Part shown: one piece after another, positions 61,996 to 64,000 of the stretch
How the letters are laid out: each line of letters starts with the position of its first letter
How positions within the stretch are numbered: the first letter of the stretch is position 1
NCBI RefSeq assembly: GCF_037042905.1
Contig: NC_087252.1
Location: 22,632,001 to 22,696,000 of the forward strand
DNA: 64,000 nt
Direction of reading: 5' to 3'
From: Lytechinus pictus
Taxonomy: Eukaryota
Notes under the pieces: generated by a model
What the model was told of the DNA's origin: nothing
The model's input: the letters and a program-made list of their open reading frames with translations, nothing else
Databases searched by the model: none
Position numbers and translations under genes: made by a program

Positions 61996-64000
61996 TTTGT
62001 ATGTACCACCTGACACTTCACCATGTGATCGATGACATGACCACACCATGCAGGTTTTATCATCCATCACTTGATGTTCAAATGGTGTTATTGATCATGT
62101 GACTGTACCATGCCAGGTTGTAGACATGAGACATTGCGTAGCTGAGGTTTTAACCATTCAAAGGATGTCCAGTTATCACCTGATACCCAGGTCATGTGAT
62201 TGATCATGTGACTGAACCATTCCTGTGATTCCAGATCCTCTTTCATGTTGACCAATCTGTGAATGAAACATGTTTTTTACAGGGTATGTTGTGTAGAAAT
62301 ATTCTACTTACTCAGAATTTGGAGATTAATAAATATTGATGATACAGGTGAACCTGCCCGAGTCGTATCACCTTGGACCAGAGAAATCTGTTTGATTTAC
62401 GAGAAATTCCCCTCAGAAGAAGTGAATAGCAAGTGTGTTGCATAATCTGTGCCCCTCATTACAAATCTTAGCAGTTGGTCGTAGGGCTGGTTTTCAACTT
62501 GGTTACATTCATCACGATGTGCAATCAAGTATTCGAATCAACAATACGATCAATTGTAAAAGATTTGTGCAACAGGGTCCAGGGGCCCGTAACACAAAGC
62601 TTAGCAATGATCATAGAACATTTTACTACGATTAATTGCATAGACTACAATGTACAATCAATCGTAGAAACCAAGCGTACTATTAATCGCTAACCTTTGT
62701 GTTACGGGGCCCAGGTCTGGAAAATTGCTTCAACCTCGACAATTATTCTACTGACAGAAGATCAACTTGAATATGCAGACCTAACTGTAACCATCAGGAT
62801 TTTTTAGGCCAGTTTACGCTAAAGCAATAGACTTACATGTACAACAGAAAATGAATTATGTGCATGTTACATGATGTCATACATGAAGATGCTTCGATTT
62901 ACAATTTTCTATTTTCTAACATGGTGGTCATTGCATTTGCAGTTATTGTATTATCTGTATCCTATAATGCTTTTTATAGGATGGGGGGTCTTCACATTTT
63001 AAGTTTTTCCTTTGAAAATATTCAACAATAAACTTTCAGTCGTGAGCCTGCCAAAAATAAAACATATCTTTCAATCATTTTTTTAATTACTTTACAACAC
63101 AACATGGCGTCAAAGGATTTCTCAGAATTTAAAAGCGTACATGTACATGCTTGTTTAGCCTCTAGTTTTTGGTAACTGAATGCATCTCTGATTAACATGA
63201 AACTACAAATCAAAGTATTTATACATAAAGATGCAATTATTTGAAAGTTCCAATGTACTTGTATTTCTTTTTTGTTTACTGTTGGCTTCATTTCAAAATT
63301 TGTCCAATAAGTGTTGTACAGTACATTACCAGATGTGTAAAGTGTACGATACAGAATGGCGGATATGCAATCATTTTTTTTTTCTTTGCAATTGCAGTGA
63401 TATTTTCTCCTGTTTGGTAAATGAAAAGAGAGTTTTGCACAAGCATGTAATGTTGGGAGTCTTAACAGTATTATGTGCTATTTTTCCTCGGGATATTTTC
63501 TACCTAGGTTTTGTAAATTGATATTACTTTTTTTTATTCATGGTCTTGCCAGTTTCTACTCTGTATTCAGTACAGTAAAATTGAAATCAAAATGTAATAT
63601 AGGATTTATATTTGTATATCGTTGTTGAAATCATTTATTTGTTTTCTTCAATATTTCAAATAATTTGACATGAATGCCATTTTGCTCTATTGGGTTTGTG
63701 AATTTTTAAGTAATAGGCCTCCTAATTAACAAATTCTCTGAAATATCAATTAAATTTTCTCAAGCTTAAAAGGTATATTTTGTTAATTACTTGCTGGCTA
63801 TTTTGTAGTTGATTAATGTTCTGTAAATGAAAGACACTGAAAGTATTCATCAGGAGCAAACAGAATTGATTTTCGGGAGTTTTTCACAGTGAGTAAAGTG
63901 TGACTTCAAATCACATTTAGGGTGCGTTTATGCGCCACTTTTTTACCCTAGAATCATGATTCTGCAGAATCACGATTGCATTTAATAGTCAGAAGTGAAA

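Overview
AT-rich, intron- and repeat-rich animal genomic DNA. The repeat landscape suggests a sea urchin, but that is inference. I reconstructed genes by hand from splice signals and reading-frame phase. (1) A complete CEP164 orthologue on + (29 coding exons, 32473-61995, ~1438 aa; N-terminal WW module, long coiled coil, conserved C-terminal motifs). Its last intron has U12-type (minor spliceosome) signals. (2) An uncharacterised ~227-aa coiled-coil gene on + (6 coding exons, 4246-18858). (3) The last two exons of an OATP/SLCO-family transporter on - (1433-1640 and <1-67), frameshifted and with no upstream exons visible. Mobile DNA includes an apparently intact single-ORF CR1-group LINE (APE+RT) in an intron, a 5'-truncated LINE, tRNA-derived SINEs and many non-autonomous DNA elements. 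The most unusual signal is that five separate CEP164 exons sit beside tandem partial copies of their own splice junction. One is a 146-bp array of eight extra acceptors, nearly all leading straight to a stop. Also notable are a minimal hammerhead-like insert and a double fold-back element containing the complement of its own circle junction. Most long ORFs in the track are low-complexity artefacts. No CRISPR array and no credible tRNA or rRNA gene.
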